Positions 39,938 through 53,500 of a stretch of 64,000 bases of DNA are shown one piece after another; position 1 is the first letter of the stretch; the number at the start of each line of letters is the position of its first letter. This DNA comes from Zygnema circumcarinatum SAG 698-1b (lineage: Eukaryota > Plantae > Zygnematophyceae). The translations under genes were made by a program, and so were the position numbers. The stretch lies in NCBI GenBank assembly GCA_037447605.1, contig CM074804.1:1364001-1428000 (forward strand). The letters run 5' to 3'. Below the pieces are notes generated by a model. It did no database searches. It was not told the origin of the DNA and was given only the letters and a program-made list of their open reading frames with translations.

Positions 39938-41889
39938 TCTCTCTCTCTCTCTATGGCAGTCTGGGGGCCACTCCCTCCATGGAGCTGATGATAGCGGCGG
40001 GGAAGGCCGTGGCGGTGCTGCAGCTCGAGCACGGCCTCGGAGTGGAGCGAGTGCTGGTGGGGGCCCTCATGACCTCGCTCGACATGGCGGGTCAGCCTCT
40101 CCCTCCCTCCCTCCCTCCCTCCCTCCCTGCCGCCCTCTCTCTCTCTCGCCCTCCATCCCTCCCTCCTCTCTCTCTCTCGCGCTCTCTCTCCCTCTCTGCC
40201 TCTCGCTCTTTAGGGTGTGTGCTCCGACTCGTCCAGCTTGGGGAAAGTCTGGTTTGTGATCTTGAAGTTGTCCTCTTTCATGTTGGCTATCGACGTTGAT
40301 AGCAAATGAACTTTGTTTTGCAGTCGTTAAGTTTAAAGCGTGTTTGGTGTGCTTTCTGAAGGTTCTGTTGTATGGGGACTCGCTTTTTGAAGCTGCCCGA
40401 AGTAGGTATGTGTGCAGGGTTTAGAGTAAAGGACTTAACGGAGAGTATTGCTGAATTATATGCGGAACATCATTTAAAGTAAATGCTTGAATTGATGGAA
40501 TTTCACAAATTCACAAATTTTGAAGTCTCAGATATTAGGATCTCCCTACCATTGCATTGCATTGCAGGGATTTCCCTTTCAGTTTTGAAGGTTGACGATG
40601 CGGTTCTGAAACGTCTCGATGCGCCAACACGCGCTCCGGCTTGGCCGGTCGGATCAGCAGGTACAGCTACTGCAGCTCTTGCAGAGTGGGAGGAGGGACA
40701 TGGAGAGAGGGAGAGAAAGCAGGAGAGGCAGAAAGGGGGAGAGGGGAGAGGGGGGGGGAGGGGGAGGGGGAGGAGGAGGGAGGGGGAGTGGAAGGGGGGA
40801 AAGGTGGGGGAGGAGGAGTGGAAGGGGGAAAAGGAGGGGGAGAGGGAGTGGGTTGGAGTGCAAGCGAGAGGGAGCGGGCAAGGAGGAGCTGGGCAGGCAG
40901 CAGGGGGAAGCATACGGCAGATTTGGGCTTTTAATGGTGCCTGTTATGGTGTTGTTCGTTTGGGATTCATTGTTCCGTAGGTTTCTCCTCGTAATTTATG
41001 AAATGTGGGAGACGCATGTCTCAATATTGACTCTAAAAACCCTCTCTTGGCGAGTTTCTATGCAGGGCCTCGCCCTCCCACCACCGTTCCTGAACCTCTC
41101 CCGACTAACCCCTCCGACAGAGTGGTGAGCTTCCAGAGTGAAAGGAGAAATATACAGATTGCGGGCAGCCCTGCACAATAGCACCAAGACGTTGGCAATT
41201 GCATTTGTGAAGGATGCATGTGATTGCGTTGGTGTGCGCTTGATGCCTGCACGAGTTACTGATGCTCCACCCTCCCCTTCTTCCTCTCCCTCTTTATCCC
41301 CCACTCTCCCCTCTGCCTATCTCTCCACCTCCCCTTCCCCCTACCGCTCTCTCCCTCCCTGCCTGTCACCTTTCCCCAACCCCCACCCCCTTCCTGTCTC
41401 TCCTCCTCCTCGTCCCCCCCGCTCCCCCTCCCCCTCTCCCTCTCCCTCTCCCTCTCCNNNNNNNNNNTCCCTCTCCCTCTCCCTCTCCCTCTCCCTCTCC
41501 CTCTCCCTCTCCAGGCCTCCTCCCGCCCCTCGGAGGTGAGTCCCGCCGGCCGCGCCCTGGAGGCCGCCCTCCGCGGCGGCGCCGAGGCGGTCCTGCGCGC
41601 CGCCGCGGACCTCAACGACTGCGACCGACGGGTCGGGGACGGCGACTGCGGCTCCACGGTAAGTAAGCCCGCCCCATGCTGACGCCAACATCTGTCAGAT
41701 ATAAGATCTGCTGACGTCAGCCATATCTCTACACGTGAAACGCTGTTGACCTCAGGGTCAACCAGTTGCATTGTTTGCTTCTTGTGACCATCGCTGACAT
41801 CAGCAACACCGATTCAGTTGGTTGTTGCTGACGTCAGCAGTATTCAGCTACTCAGCCATTCTGTGCTTCAGGGTATGGTACATTGACGT

Positions 41890-41927
<38 letters not shown>

Positions 41928-44138
41928 TTGTTGTTTGTTGTTGTTGTAGACCTTCAACAATTGCAGACACCTTTTCGGCTGCACGCACAGTGGTGGCTGA
42001 GTCATGAAAGGACACTGAAAAAGAAAAAAATTCAATCTTTTTTTTGAAGTCAAAAATACCTTAAGATCTATGATTTCCCTGTCTTTTTTCCTTCCTTGTT
42101 CCTCTTGCTTTTTCCTTATCTATTAATTTATTTCCCTCCTCCCTCCCCTTTTTTTTCCGATTATTATAAATTCTGCAGATGGCTAAAGGCGCGAAAGCCG
42201 TGTTAGAGGACCTCTCATCCAGGTGAGACCAGCCCTTGAAAACTGCCAAAACCCTACTCGCAAAAATGCTCTTAAAAGTCACCAGTTTTCTTGGAAAAAG
42301 GTGCTGCTGTACTGAACCTAACGTAACGGTTTTCGGACAAGTAATGCTTGCATGTTCACATTAGTTTGGTTACATTTTCTTTTTCTTTTGATTTTCTTTG
42401 TGACCAGGTTTGCTTATGTTGACAGGCTCTCAGTCAACGCTTTTGACTAATGTAGTATATTTGAAGGTCGCAGATATCCGTTGAACGACCCGCAAGCGAC
42501 GGTGCGAGAGATCGGAGCCACAGTGGAGCGCTCTATGGGAGGGACAAGCGGCGTGCTGTGAGGCTTAAACCCTAAACCCTAAAATTCAGAAAAGAACCCC
42601 AAAACTGCGAGGACCATTCGAGTCCTATTTTACGTTACAGATTGCAAACTTGAACCTTTTAGAGCCGCTTTCAGTCTCCTAACAAGCCTCAGAAAATTCG
42701 GACCATTTTGGCCACAAAAAGTCTTGAACCCTGCCCTGAACCCTGCCCTGAGCCCTGCTTGCCTGCCTTCAAACCCTATGGAAAGGCTATGGATGAAAGG
42801 CGGAATGCGATTGGCTCTTGGAGAATGTATCAAATGACATAAACAAGCAAATGCTCGGCCGCCATTTTCCTTTCAGGTACAATATTTTCTGCAGGGCAGC
42901 GTTTGCAAAAATGAGTGAAGGAACACCCGGGTCGGCGGCGCAATGTGAGAGTTGTTCAAAAACCCTGAAATTTAACACCCTAAACCCTCATTTCCGGTCA
43001 TGAATATCAAAATCAGCACAGGTCCATGCATATACATACACCTGTGAATCCTTTTACGCTTTAGCCTCTCTCTTTCCCTCCCCCCCCTCCCTCCCACTCT
43101 TTTCATCTATTCAAAGCAGTTCTCCTATTTGTCATCTGACATTTCAGCCTCCTTTCAGATATTCACACTCTCCCACGAGGCATGAGCTCCCTTGAATCCG
43201 CAAAACCCTAAAACTCTAAATCCTCAAAACCCTAAGCCCTTGAACCCTAACCCTAATTTTTTGAAGTCCTTGGAGATTTTCCGCCGGTCCTGTGCAGGGG
43301 CCGCAGCTTTTGATGCTGCGATAAAAGCCGTTTCGACCTATGGCGGCGCGACAGCTGGCATGCGAACCATGCTGGATGCGTTGATCCCTGCCTCCGTCAC
43401 GCTGACGCAGGTATCATCATGGAACGGGCTTCAGTTCAGTTGCAGTTTCAGTTTCATTTCTGCATGAACGTATGGCGATTGCAACTTCCGAAAATTTCTT
43501 TTTTCTGTGGTGCTTTGATCGTTCCAGTTTTCAGATTTTTTCCTGTTTTCTGATTTATTTCTGTTTCTGTTGCGATTCCAGAGACTGAAGGATGGGCAGA
43601 GCCCCATAGCTGCTTTTGCAGAAGCAGCAGAAGCTGCAAGGGAGGGAGCAGAAGCGACAAAAGGGATGCAGGCGCAGGTGACCTCACTCATAGAACAACC
43701 CTTAAACCCTCGAAGAGTCCACCGTTGTTCTTGCTTTTTTCTTTTTCCTCCCCCTTTCATTTTTTCTTTCTTTTCCACTATCCAATGCGGATGTTTTCGG
43801 AAAACAAACAAGTCGCCTTTCTGGACTAAGTTTCTGCTCTTCTAACCAACTGTCAGCAGTTCCTAGTGATTTTTTCCTCTTCAAAATAACGAAAGCTACC
43901 CCTCATGTTGTTATCCTTACCAAAAATAAAACCTGACTACTCTCAAAAATCACGAAAACTTAACTTATTTTTTTTATGTTTAATTTTGACCTTGCAGGCG
44001 GGCCGGTCGTCCTATGTCCCCCCGGAGGTGCTCGCCTCCGTGGCGGACCCGGGCGCCATGGCGGCCGCCACGTGGCTGCAGGGGGCGGCGGCCGCGCTGG
44101 GGGGGGAGGGGGGGAGGGGAGCCGCCGCCATGGGGTGA
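35423..44138 (+). CDS. DAK: Dihydroxyacetone kinase / triokinase (fused DhaK-DhaL), ~20 exons (e.g. 35423-35459, 35968-36041, 36347-36410, 36546-36658, 36947-36994, 37260-37331, 37639-37728, 38265-38438, 38915-38998, 39227-39282, 39960-40090, 40568-40660; last ~43997-44138)
   Basis: [88 protein letters not shown] and DPGAMAA. Confidence 0.96.
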
Positions 44139-47100
44139 TGCTAAGTTCTGGTTACTAACATTTTGCAGTGTGAGATAAGTTCATTTTTGGACGCAGAACG
44201 TACAGCGCTTGAGCATTGTTGATAGTAACGTAATGAATATACAATACACGTACACAGTGATTCGTTTTGTCGAGGGAGGGAGGGAGGGAGGGAGGGAGGG
44301 AGGGGGGGAGGGAGAGAGTGCAAGAGGGAGGGAGGGAGGGGGAAGGCAGGATGGAGGGAGGGCGAAAGTGATTTGTAGGGTTAAGCAATGGGAACTTAGC
44401 ATGGTTCCCCAGGTTGGTCGGTCGGTGAGGGGACGCGGGGCCTGTTGAGGTGCAAGAGAAGGGTGTTAGGGTTTAGGGTTTTAGCTCGAGCAGAGGGATC
44501 TGCGCGAGGGGGTGACAGCCCTGATCAGGGTTCAGGGTTCAGGGCTTCCGTATGGGAGCCAGCCGTGAAGGGGCAGAACTCTGCCATTTTTCTTATATAG
44601 CAGAAAGCCATCTTTAGTCTTTGGTCGGGGGTTACTTTTAATGGTGCTCCAACTTAAAACGAAAGTACTCTTAGCCTCAATGAAAAATCCTTACCAGCAA
44701 ACGTTCATTACTGTACCGTACACTCGAGAGTCTCTATCATTCGTGAACCCTGGAAGTCTAAAACCCTTGAGACTCTGAACCCCTTTAAACCCTAAAGTTT
44801 TGTTAAACCCTAAACCTTGAACCCCTCTAAACCATAAAGCCTAAACCTTGAACCCCTCTAAACCCTAAACCTTGGATCCCTCTAAGCCCTAAACCCCTTT
44901 TAAACCTAACCCTGAACCCCTTTTAAACCTAAACCCTGAACCTCTCTAAACCCTAAACCCTGACTCCTGTCCCCTGTCCCTTGACCCCCGCCCTCCCCGC
45001 CCGCCCCTATTCGGATCGCATCGCGCGGCGGTTTTCGCCGTTGGGCGATCGGATGGCGGTTGGTGGGCGCCAGCCGTATCGGGAGGATGACGTCATCATA
45101 AAGACGAAACCTTGTCGTTTTGTGATCGACGTGAGACGAAAACTGTACGAAAAGCAGGATGTGGCAAACAGGTCCTTGTCGCGACGTGGTGGTATCGCTA
45201 TTGCTGTCGTCACTTACACTCGCGGCGATTGGGCTTTTGTCGAATAAATGCGTCAGGAGAGGAGGTGCCGTATATGTCCGTACTTATAACACGGAACATG
45301 TCGGAAATGGACTTCCGTACACTGTATTTGACCGTACAGAATGTGTGATTTTACCGTACAGTAAACACCACGACAAGGGCGGAGCCAGGAATCGTCAAAT
45401 ACGGGATTTACGGAAAATCCCGTATTTGACTATTTTCGGAACCATTACATTTTGAGTTTCATTTTCGGGATTTTCGGGACCTTTTTGTTTCGTACTTTTT
45501 TGCACTATTTGGTACTTTTCTGTACCTTTTAGGTACTTTGTTTGTACTTTTGGACGACGTTTTTGTCCTGTAATAGCATTCCCCTCAGTTTTTTCTAACA
45601 TTGCTGATATGCCTAACGACGACGCATGAAGCATGAGAGTTCGACTCCTTTTTCACCCCTTGTTGTTATTCATAACAAAATTACTGTATTTGATTCTTTT
45701 GTAGACTCGAATCGATTCAAATGGGAAGTTCAACTCAAAAGTGCAGCGTGCAGCTTCCCTTATGCTTTCCCTACCCTTATGGTCAAGGCTCACTGCTCCA
45801 AGAACTGAAGAATTGAAAATGCACCTCTCTGCCTCCCCCAAACCCCTCTGCTGCCCTCCCTACATTTTCGCCCAAAAGACCAAGTAAGCGTTTTCAATAT
45901 TGAGAGCCCCCTCTTCCTTGTTTCTTTTCTTCGCCCTCCTCCTCCGCTAAGAAGGCGATGAATGATGCCATCACATGTGCATGGACAAAATCAGCATCAT
46001 GGGAAACCACGAGGAACAACTTGTCGCAAAGGACTCAGACTTAAAAAAAAAAAATGCAAGACAAAAGAGATCGTCAGTCCCGCTCAGCAAAAAACTTGTG
46101 CACTTTTTTTTTTTCCAAAAGTGGACTCCGCGAATCTGCTCGAGGGCCGCAGATGTCGCACAGATATTCGGATTCTGTGCCTCCTCTGCCCGGATGTTCG
46201 GGCAGAGTAGAAAACAAATTAGCCAGGCGATTCCCTCATTGTGTAATTTTCCCAAAAACAAATTCCCTTCCTGGCCCACTCCAGTTTTCCGCAGTTCCCG
46301 TGTCAGTCAGTTTTTTCTCCCCCTTCTTTCCGGCGGCCCCGCCGGGCGGCCGCCAGACGGTTGGAGGGAGAGGCGTTGCTTCGCCAACCTTCAGGGGGGC
46401 GTGGACGAATGAGAGCACGCCACGTGTCAAAAGTTTCCACGTGACGCGTTTTCATTCGTCGTTGTCCTTTGGAACGATGGCAGGGCTGCTGCCCGCATGT
46501 GAATGGCTATCCGTTTGCCCTAAAGAGGAGGGCCGATCCCTGAGGGCGGGAGAGAGAGAGAGAGGAGAGGGAAGTAGTGGGAAAGGAAGGGAGAAGGAGA
46601 GGGAGAGAGAGAGAGAGGGGACCGCGAAAGCTCTCTACCTCTCCGTCTCTCTTCCATGGCCTTTTCTCTGATGGGCACGTGGCAGCAGGTGCCAAGCCAG
46701 CTGTCGCCGCTCTAATTCTCCGCTGCTGAGAGATTAGGGTTCAGGGTTTAGGGTTCAGAGGCCTGCGGATTATAAGAGGCGCAGTTTCAAGGTCGGCGAA
46801 GGACGTTATTGAAGGCAGGTCTGGACGCAAATTCGGACGCAGGTCGCAAATTCGAATGATTTGAGGGTAGGTTTGAAATTAAATTTCAGAAAATCTGCAT
46901 TGCACAAAGACGGCTTGTTCTTCCGAATAAAGGAGAGTTTTAGAGAGATAGTTTTCTGATTTCGGGCTGCCACGTGTCTTATTCGCAGAGGGCAGCCTGG
47001 TTTGGGGCAGCTTTTAAAATTAGGGTTCGTTTTTTTTTCCTTTTCAAAACATGTACTGCAACAAACCTGGTTCGCGGTTCGAAACTCGAATTTAGGTCTG

Positions 47101-47778
47101 GTTTTTCTGACCTGTTTTATTCGATTTTTAGGGACTGAATTTCTCTGCATGAATTTTTTTTTTTGGGGCAAACGATTGGTATTACTTTTCTGTGCCAGGT
47201 CGTGCTCTTGTGGTAAAGTAGAAAAAAAACTAGGAAGCTGTTGAAGTGACGATTTTTTCTTTTCAGTCATTTTAGGTTAACAGCAAGCTTCGTTTTATGG
47301 CTTAAATGGTTTCGAAAACCACGGGTGAAGATTAGGTTAGTCACTTAGTCACTTCTAATGGTCAATCGATTGGTCGAATCTTAGTCATTCGAAAAATCGG
47401 ATTGAAACTAGGTAGGTCATTTTCCAAACTCTAGTTTGAAAGATTAAGTTTTATGGAAATACCTGATGGAATCACGGGGAACTTGCTTCCTAAGGTTGAT
47501 CTGAAAGCAACCTTTTTGGGGAAGGCCCTGGGCTAGGGTTAGGGTTAAGGTTAGGGTTAGGTCCACTTTCAAAGGTTGATCTGTATTTATTCCGGGAATT
47601 CGGAGTGAAGTCGGGGTTACGTTTCTTTCAGGAAATTGATCCAGAGTGAAACTTTTTGGGAAACTGAAGTAGAATCAGGATGACTCCGCAATCCCCTGAA
47701 AATGGAGCCTCGTTGTTTTGTGGAATGTAACTATTGCAGGTTCTTCCGTTCACTTATTTGTGACATAGAAGCCCTAAA

Positions 47779-50482
47779 ATGGCTGATGTCGTTGAACTCG
47801 ACGACCGGGCCGACCTCCCCGGCATCCCATTGGTGGAGGGTCAGGACGAGCAGGCCAATGAGGTGGATCGAATCGACAAGTTTGCAAGGAGTGAAATTTT
47901 TGTGCAGAGGTGAAACAGTTTTACCTCCAGAATTGGTTTTGTGCTGGGAGGAGTTCTGTTCAGTTGGCAGAGACTGTAACTGTAACTGTAGCTGGGTCTT
48001 GCATTGGTCTTGCGGTGTGGTTCATGTGAAGTTGCAAACATGCGCAGACAAGATTACTGGGAGTCCGGTTTTGTGATTTTTGGTTCAGTGCAGAGATGAG
48101 TCAATTGCCAATTGTTGGGAATCGGTGATGGAAGAGAGAGAGAGAGAAAGGTAGAAAAAGAGGGACAAGGGGGGGGTAGAGAAAGGAAGGGAGGGCAAGG
48201 GGAGAAGAGAGAGAGGGGGAAGAGTGGAGGGGAGAAAAAGAGAGTAGGGTGAAGAGGGAGAGAGGAAGGGAAGGAAAGGGGAAGAGAGAGAGAGGGGAAA
48301 GATGGGATGGGAGGGGAGATAGGGAGAGTGGGAGGGAAACCTAAACCCAGCAGAGACTGATTCTTCCCCTTCCGAACATGCATGCTCTAAGCCATTTACT
48401 GACACCAGATAAATGTCTAAGTAAACATCCCATGGATTATAGTAAACTTCACTTCGTCCCTCTCTAATTTTGGCCCCTTTTTTATTATATCTCAGACTGT
48501 ACCACGTGTGCTTCATGGCGGAAGCTGCCCAGCGCGCGGGCTATCAGGGAACTGCTCCTGTTTTTGTGCCGCTTTGTAAAGAGCTCTCTGTGGACGATGA
48601 GCCGGAAATCCGGCAAGCCCTCGCAGAGCAGCTGCCGCAGCTCGCGCGCATTTTTGCAGCGGTAGGGCCAACTTTGTGAATGGTTTTGGGTAGAGGAAAT
48701 TCAAGGGTAGGAAGGGGGAGTGAGAGGCAGTCTCGCAATGTTGGAATGGTGGGGCCCGAATGGGGTCAACAGTTATGAATAGCAATGAGGAACATGTTAG
48801 ATTTCAGGAAGAAAGAATGGGAGAAGCGAGAAGGTTTCCGTCATAGTTGTGCTTGAATAAGATGAGATCGAATTCTGAGCCCTAATGGCTCTAGAGATTC
48901 TTGGAATGGAAGCAAAAGAGAGGTTGAAACCCTTCTGCAATGAGAGGCTGAACCATGAAATGCGAGATGGACTTTGTTCCTTGAGAGGGGCAGGACGGCA
49001 CGGATGCGGCTCTGCAGGACGTGGCAGTCCTTCTGCAAATTGCGAATACTCTGCTCACAGATGATTGTGAAGAGGCAAGTTCAGCTCAGAATAGACGACC
49101 TGCACCCTCCCTCTCCCTCTCTTTCTCTCTTTCTCTCTCTCTCTCTCTCTTTCTCTTTCGCTGGGTCTTTCCTTCCTTGTTCCTTCATGTGGACTGTCTC
49201 CTTTTTCCTTTCCTTTCTCTATCTCGTCCTCCTTCTCTTTGCCCTTCTCCCCAGCAGCTCACCCCCCCTCTCTCTTCCCCCTCCTGCCCTTTCTCTTTTT
49301 AACGTCTACCCACGTTTCACTCGATTACACCCTCCTACTCCAATCGGAATCCCTCAATAAATCCCTATTCTTTGCGGCGGAGTGCAGGTGCAGTTGGCGG
49401 CGGAGCAGGGGTTCTCGGAGATGGCCCACGTGGTGCAGTCGGTGGGCGGCGAGATGCAGAGCGACATGCTAAGGATCGTGCTCGGCCTCGCGGAGAGCAA
49501 GGAGGAGGCGCAGCGCGTCTGCGCCGCCAATGTGAGACTTCACTTGACTTCACTTGACTTCACTTGACTTCACTTGACTTCACTTGACTTCACTTGGCTT
49601 CGTTTGGTCGGTCAGTCTGATTGGTCAGGGGAGGTGGCTAGTCTGGGTAGGTACCGAACTCAGTGAAATGGGACTTCTCAGTCTCGACCAACTCTCGTGC
49701 ATTTGTTCGTATGCTTGAATGTTATGTTCACATACTTGTGTATATGTACGCACTTAATAGCTTCACAAGGTCAGAGCATGGGGAAGGAGAAGGGGGAGGA
49801 GGAGAAGGGAGAGGAGGAGGTGGAGGAAGAGGAGTAGGAGGAGGAGGGGGAGGATGAGAAAGGGGAGGAGAAGGAGGAGGAAAAGGTTAGGGTTGAGATT
49901 TTAGGATTAAGAAATTAGGGTTTGGAACTAACTGAGTGAATGGGTGGGCAGTTGCTGACAGGGTTTGCCGAAGGCCTCGAGAAGGGACCCTTTGAGGAGA
50001 GAGCGGTTCCGAAAATTATTTCTTTAGCAGCCGACCCCGAGTTCCGCGTCCGGAAGGTGAATTTTAGGGTTTTTAGGGTTTATAGGGTTTTTAGGGTTTT
50101 TAGGATTTTTAGGGTAACAAATCAGTCATTATGTGCATTTATCACTGCTTCACTCAAATACTGAATTCCTCGACTTTTTGTGCTCGTGAGGAGAGAAATG
50201 AATTGTGTCGGGCTCAAAGAAATTTTCTTGGAAGGAAACCTGACGAAATTATTCGTTCACTTCACCTTGAAGCACAGGAGAGAAAAAACCGAATTTTCTG
50301 TGTGCTAAAATGAATATAGAATTTAAGATGATGTATGAGTTTAACGAGTCCCATTTTTTGGCATATTCTGTGCAGGCTGTGGCTCTAGGCCTGCCGAGGT
50401 GCTGCAAAGCCTTAGCGGACGATCCTGTCGCTGTGGATGAAATGCTGGTACACTCTCTCTCTCTCTCTCCGTCTCTTGTTCT

Positions 50483-50513
<31 letters not shown>

Positions 50514-53500
50514 GCTCTCTGAATTTCCTCCATTGTAGCAAAACCTCAAAATCAAAACCCTAAACAATAAACTGTGAACCTCCACAGTTTGAAACCCCAA
50601 AGGTGTTAACCCTTAAAATTTAAGTTTCTAAAGCTAGTCTGAAGCCCCAACGGGTTTGACCTTAAAATCCACATTTCCAAGCCCTAAATCTGGAAACCCC
50701 TCAACCTCCTGTTTCCTCCCATTTTCTTCGTAGGGGCAATGTAGCGCTATATGCTTGAAAACCCTAGAATTCGAAACCCTAAAATCTGCACATTTGAAGG
50801 CATTTTGACAGGGTTCAACCGGCAATAGGGGATACACAGAGAGCCTCATCCTTAAACACTTCAAAACTCCGACTCGTAAAACCTAGATCTCACAATCTTA
50901 AGCCCCAAATCCGCAAATCCAAATTCTAAATCCTAAAAACCGCAAACCTTGGAAGGTTCAAATTTCAAAAAATCAGAAAAATCCATTCAAATCCTAAAAC
51001 CTTCCAACCCGAAAACCCCAAAACCTCAAAACCCGTACTCTAAATTTCCAACAGCTTCGGACCCCCTCTAGCCATCCAAACCCTGAACGCTTAACGCCCA
51101 AAGCCAAAATCTCAAGACCCAGAACTCGACAGCCCTAAGTACAAAAACCCTAAACCCTGACCCCCTCGACTTCCCGGCACTCCTAAACCCCTACACATCC
51201 AAAACCCAGAAGTCTAAAGTCTACACCTTAAAACCCCTAAACTCCGACACCTTAAACCCTCCACGACACCCCCCTGAGCCCTGAACCCCAAGCCCCAAAC
51301 CCCGCCACTCCCAACCTCCCCAGCCCTGAACGTTGACCACTGACCCCTGAACCCTGAACTGAACTCTGAACCCTGACCCCCCCAACCCTTGACCTCTGAC
51401 CCTTAAACCCTTAAACCCTGCCCCCTGCCCCCCCTGCCCGGGCAGCTGCCGGTGTACGTTGCGCTGTCCCAGGACGGCGTGTGGGCTGTGCGCATGGCCT
51501 GCGCGGAGGGCATTGTGCGCATAGCGGAGGCCGCGAGCCCGCCCGCGCGCGCGCGCCATCTCGCGGCGGCAATAGAGCGACTCGCGAGGGACGCCTCCAA
51601 TTGGGTGAGGGACTCCGCGCTGCAGATGCTGGGGCCGCTGCTCGCCATGCTGCAGGGCACGCAGGAGGTACACTCTCTCTCGCTCTCTCTCTCTCTCCCC
51701 TTTCTCTCTCCCTCTCTCTCTCTCTGTCTGTCTCTCTGTCTCTCTGTCTCTCTCTGTGGACCTCTTGGATCTCTCTCTCGCTCTCGCTCTCTCTCTCTCT
51801 CTCTCTGTCTCTCTGTCTCTCTCTGTGGACCTCTTGGATCTCTCTCTCGTGGACCTCTTGGATCTCTCTCTCTCTCTCTGTCTCTCTGTGGACCTCTTGG
51901 ATCTCTCTCTCGCTCTCGTCTCTCTGTGGACCTCTTGGATCTCTCTCTCTCTCTCTGTCTCTCTGTGGACCTCTTGATCTCTCTCTCTCTCTCTCTCCCC
52001 TTTCTCTCTCCCTCTCTCTCTCGCTCCCTCTTTCTCTCTAGGGCGGGAGTAGGACCTTCTCATGTGGGAGAACTACTTCTGCCCCTCCTTCCTTTTGCTC
52101 TTACATGGTGTCCACACGTGCAGGCTGCCGTGAGGAGGACCTTGGGCTACTCCCTCCACGAGTTGGCGCAGGTCCTGGGAGGGGACCTCAGCGAGAGGCA
52201 CCTCCTGCCTGCATTCCGAGCATTCATGACCGACATAGACGAGGTGCGACCACTCTCTCACACCCTAACCCTAACCCTAACTCTAACTTTAACCCTAATT
52301 CTAACCCTTACGAACTGGAGCTGTCAGAGAATTGCTTTTCTATCGGTTCACTGAACCGAACGCCTTTCATCGCAACTTCTACGCTTTGCCGACTTTGAGA
52401 CTTTGCCGACATCCATCTCCTGTTTCTCTCCATTCTCGGCATCCTAACTGAAACTGAACTTGAAACTGTTCCCACCACAGGTCCGCATGGGGGTTGCAAA
52501 AAACTTGGTCTCCTTCGTCCGAGCCCTCCCTCTCCCCGCACGTGTGCAGTGTGTGCAGCTTCTCCCCGGCATTGTGTGGAAGGACGGAAGTGCTCCCCCC
52601 CCCCCTCCCAGACCCCCCCCTCTCCCTCTCCCTCCCGCGCAGGACATAGAAGCCATAGTCGACAGCGGAGTGCCTCTCAGTGGGGCTGTGAGGGAGAGCA
52701 GCAGTGAGGGAGGGGAGGAAGGAGTGGCGGCAGGAGGGGAGGGAGGAGTGGGAGAGGAAGCGGAGAGCAAGGCGAGGGAGGAAGCGATACCGAAGGGTTT
52801 GAGAGTAGAGGAGGGAGGAGGAGGAGGGGGGGGAGTGGGAAAGCGGCAGAGGAGAGCGGTGAGGGTGGTGGACTGTCGCAGTTTGTGGCATCTCCGGCGG
52901 CTGGTGGCGGAGTAGGGTCCTCTCCCTCTCTCTCTCTCCCCTTTCTCGCTCTCTCTCTTCCTCGTCCTCTTTCTCTTTTTTCGCCTTTTCTCTCTCTCCA
53001 ATTTCTCCCCTCCCTTTTATTTTTTTCAGCGTGGAAGGTTTATGTCTGCGAGAAGAAACGTTTTTGGTTTTTTGAGATTTTTAGGGTGCAAGAGTATGAG
53101 AATGTGAATATCTGGGCTCCATTTGGATGATGACCACCGAAGTGTGACCTTTTCTTCCCCTCTCCCCCTCTTTTTCTCTCTCTCCCTTTCTCTCTCCCTC
53201 TCCCTCCCTCTTTCTTTCCCTTCCTTTCCTGTTTCAGGCAAGCTCGTGACATCGCCGATTTGTTGGAACCCACAGAAGTGGAATCCATTCTCTTCCCCTT
53301 TGTCATGGAGCTCTGCAGGTCAAACTTTTGTCTCTATCTGCTAAAAATTGCCCGCTTACATACTTTGCCTTTTCCAATTTATGGATTCGAAAGTTTGAAG
53401 AATATTGATATATTTTAGAGTTTGATGTTCCAGAAATTTTCCCATGGAATTTGAACTAACCGTGCTTTTCTGGGCTGTGCAGGGATCCAATAGCATCAGT

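Noticed and set aside
45600-45656. tRNA or SINE (GTTCGACTC B-box-like motif followed by TTTTT)
   Set aside because: No T-stem pairing, A-box, anticodon arm or acceptor stem could be formed.
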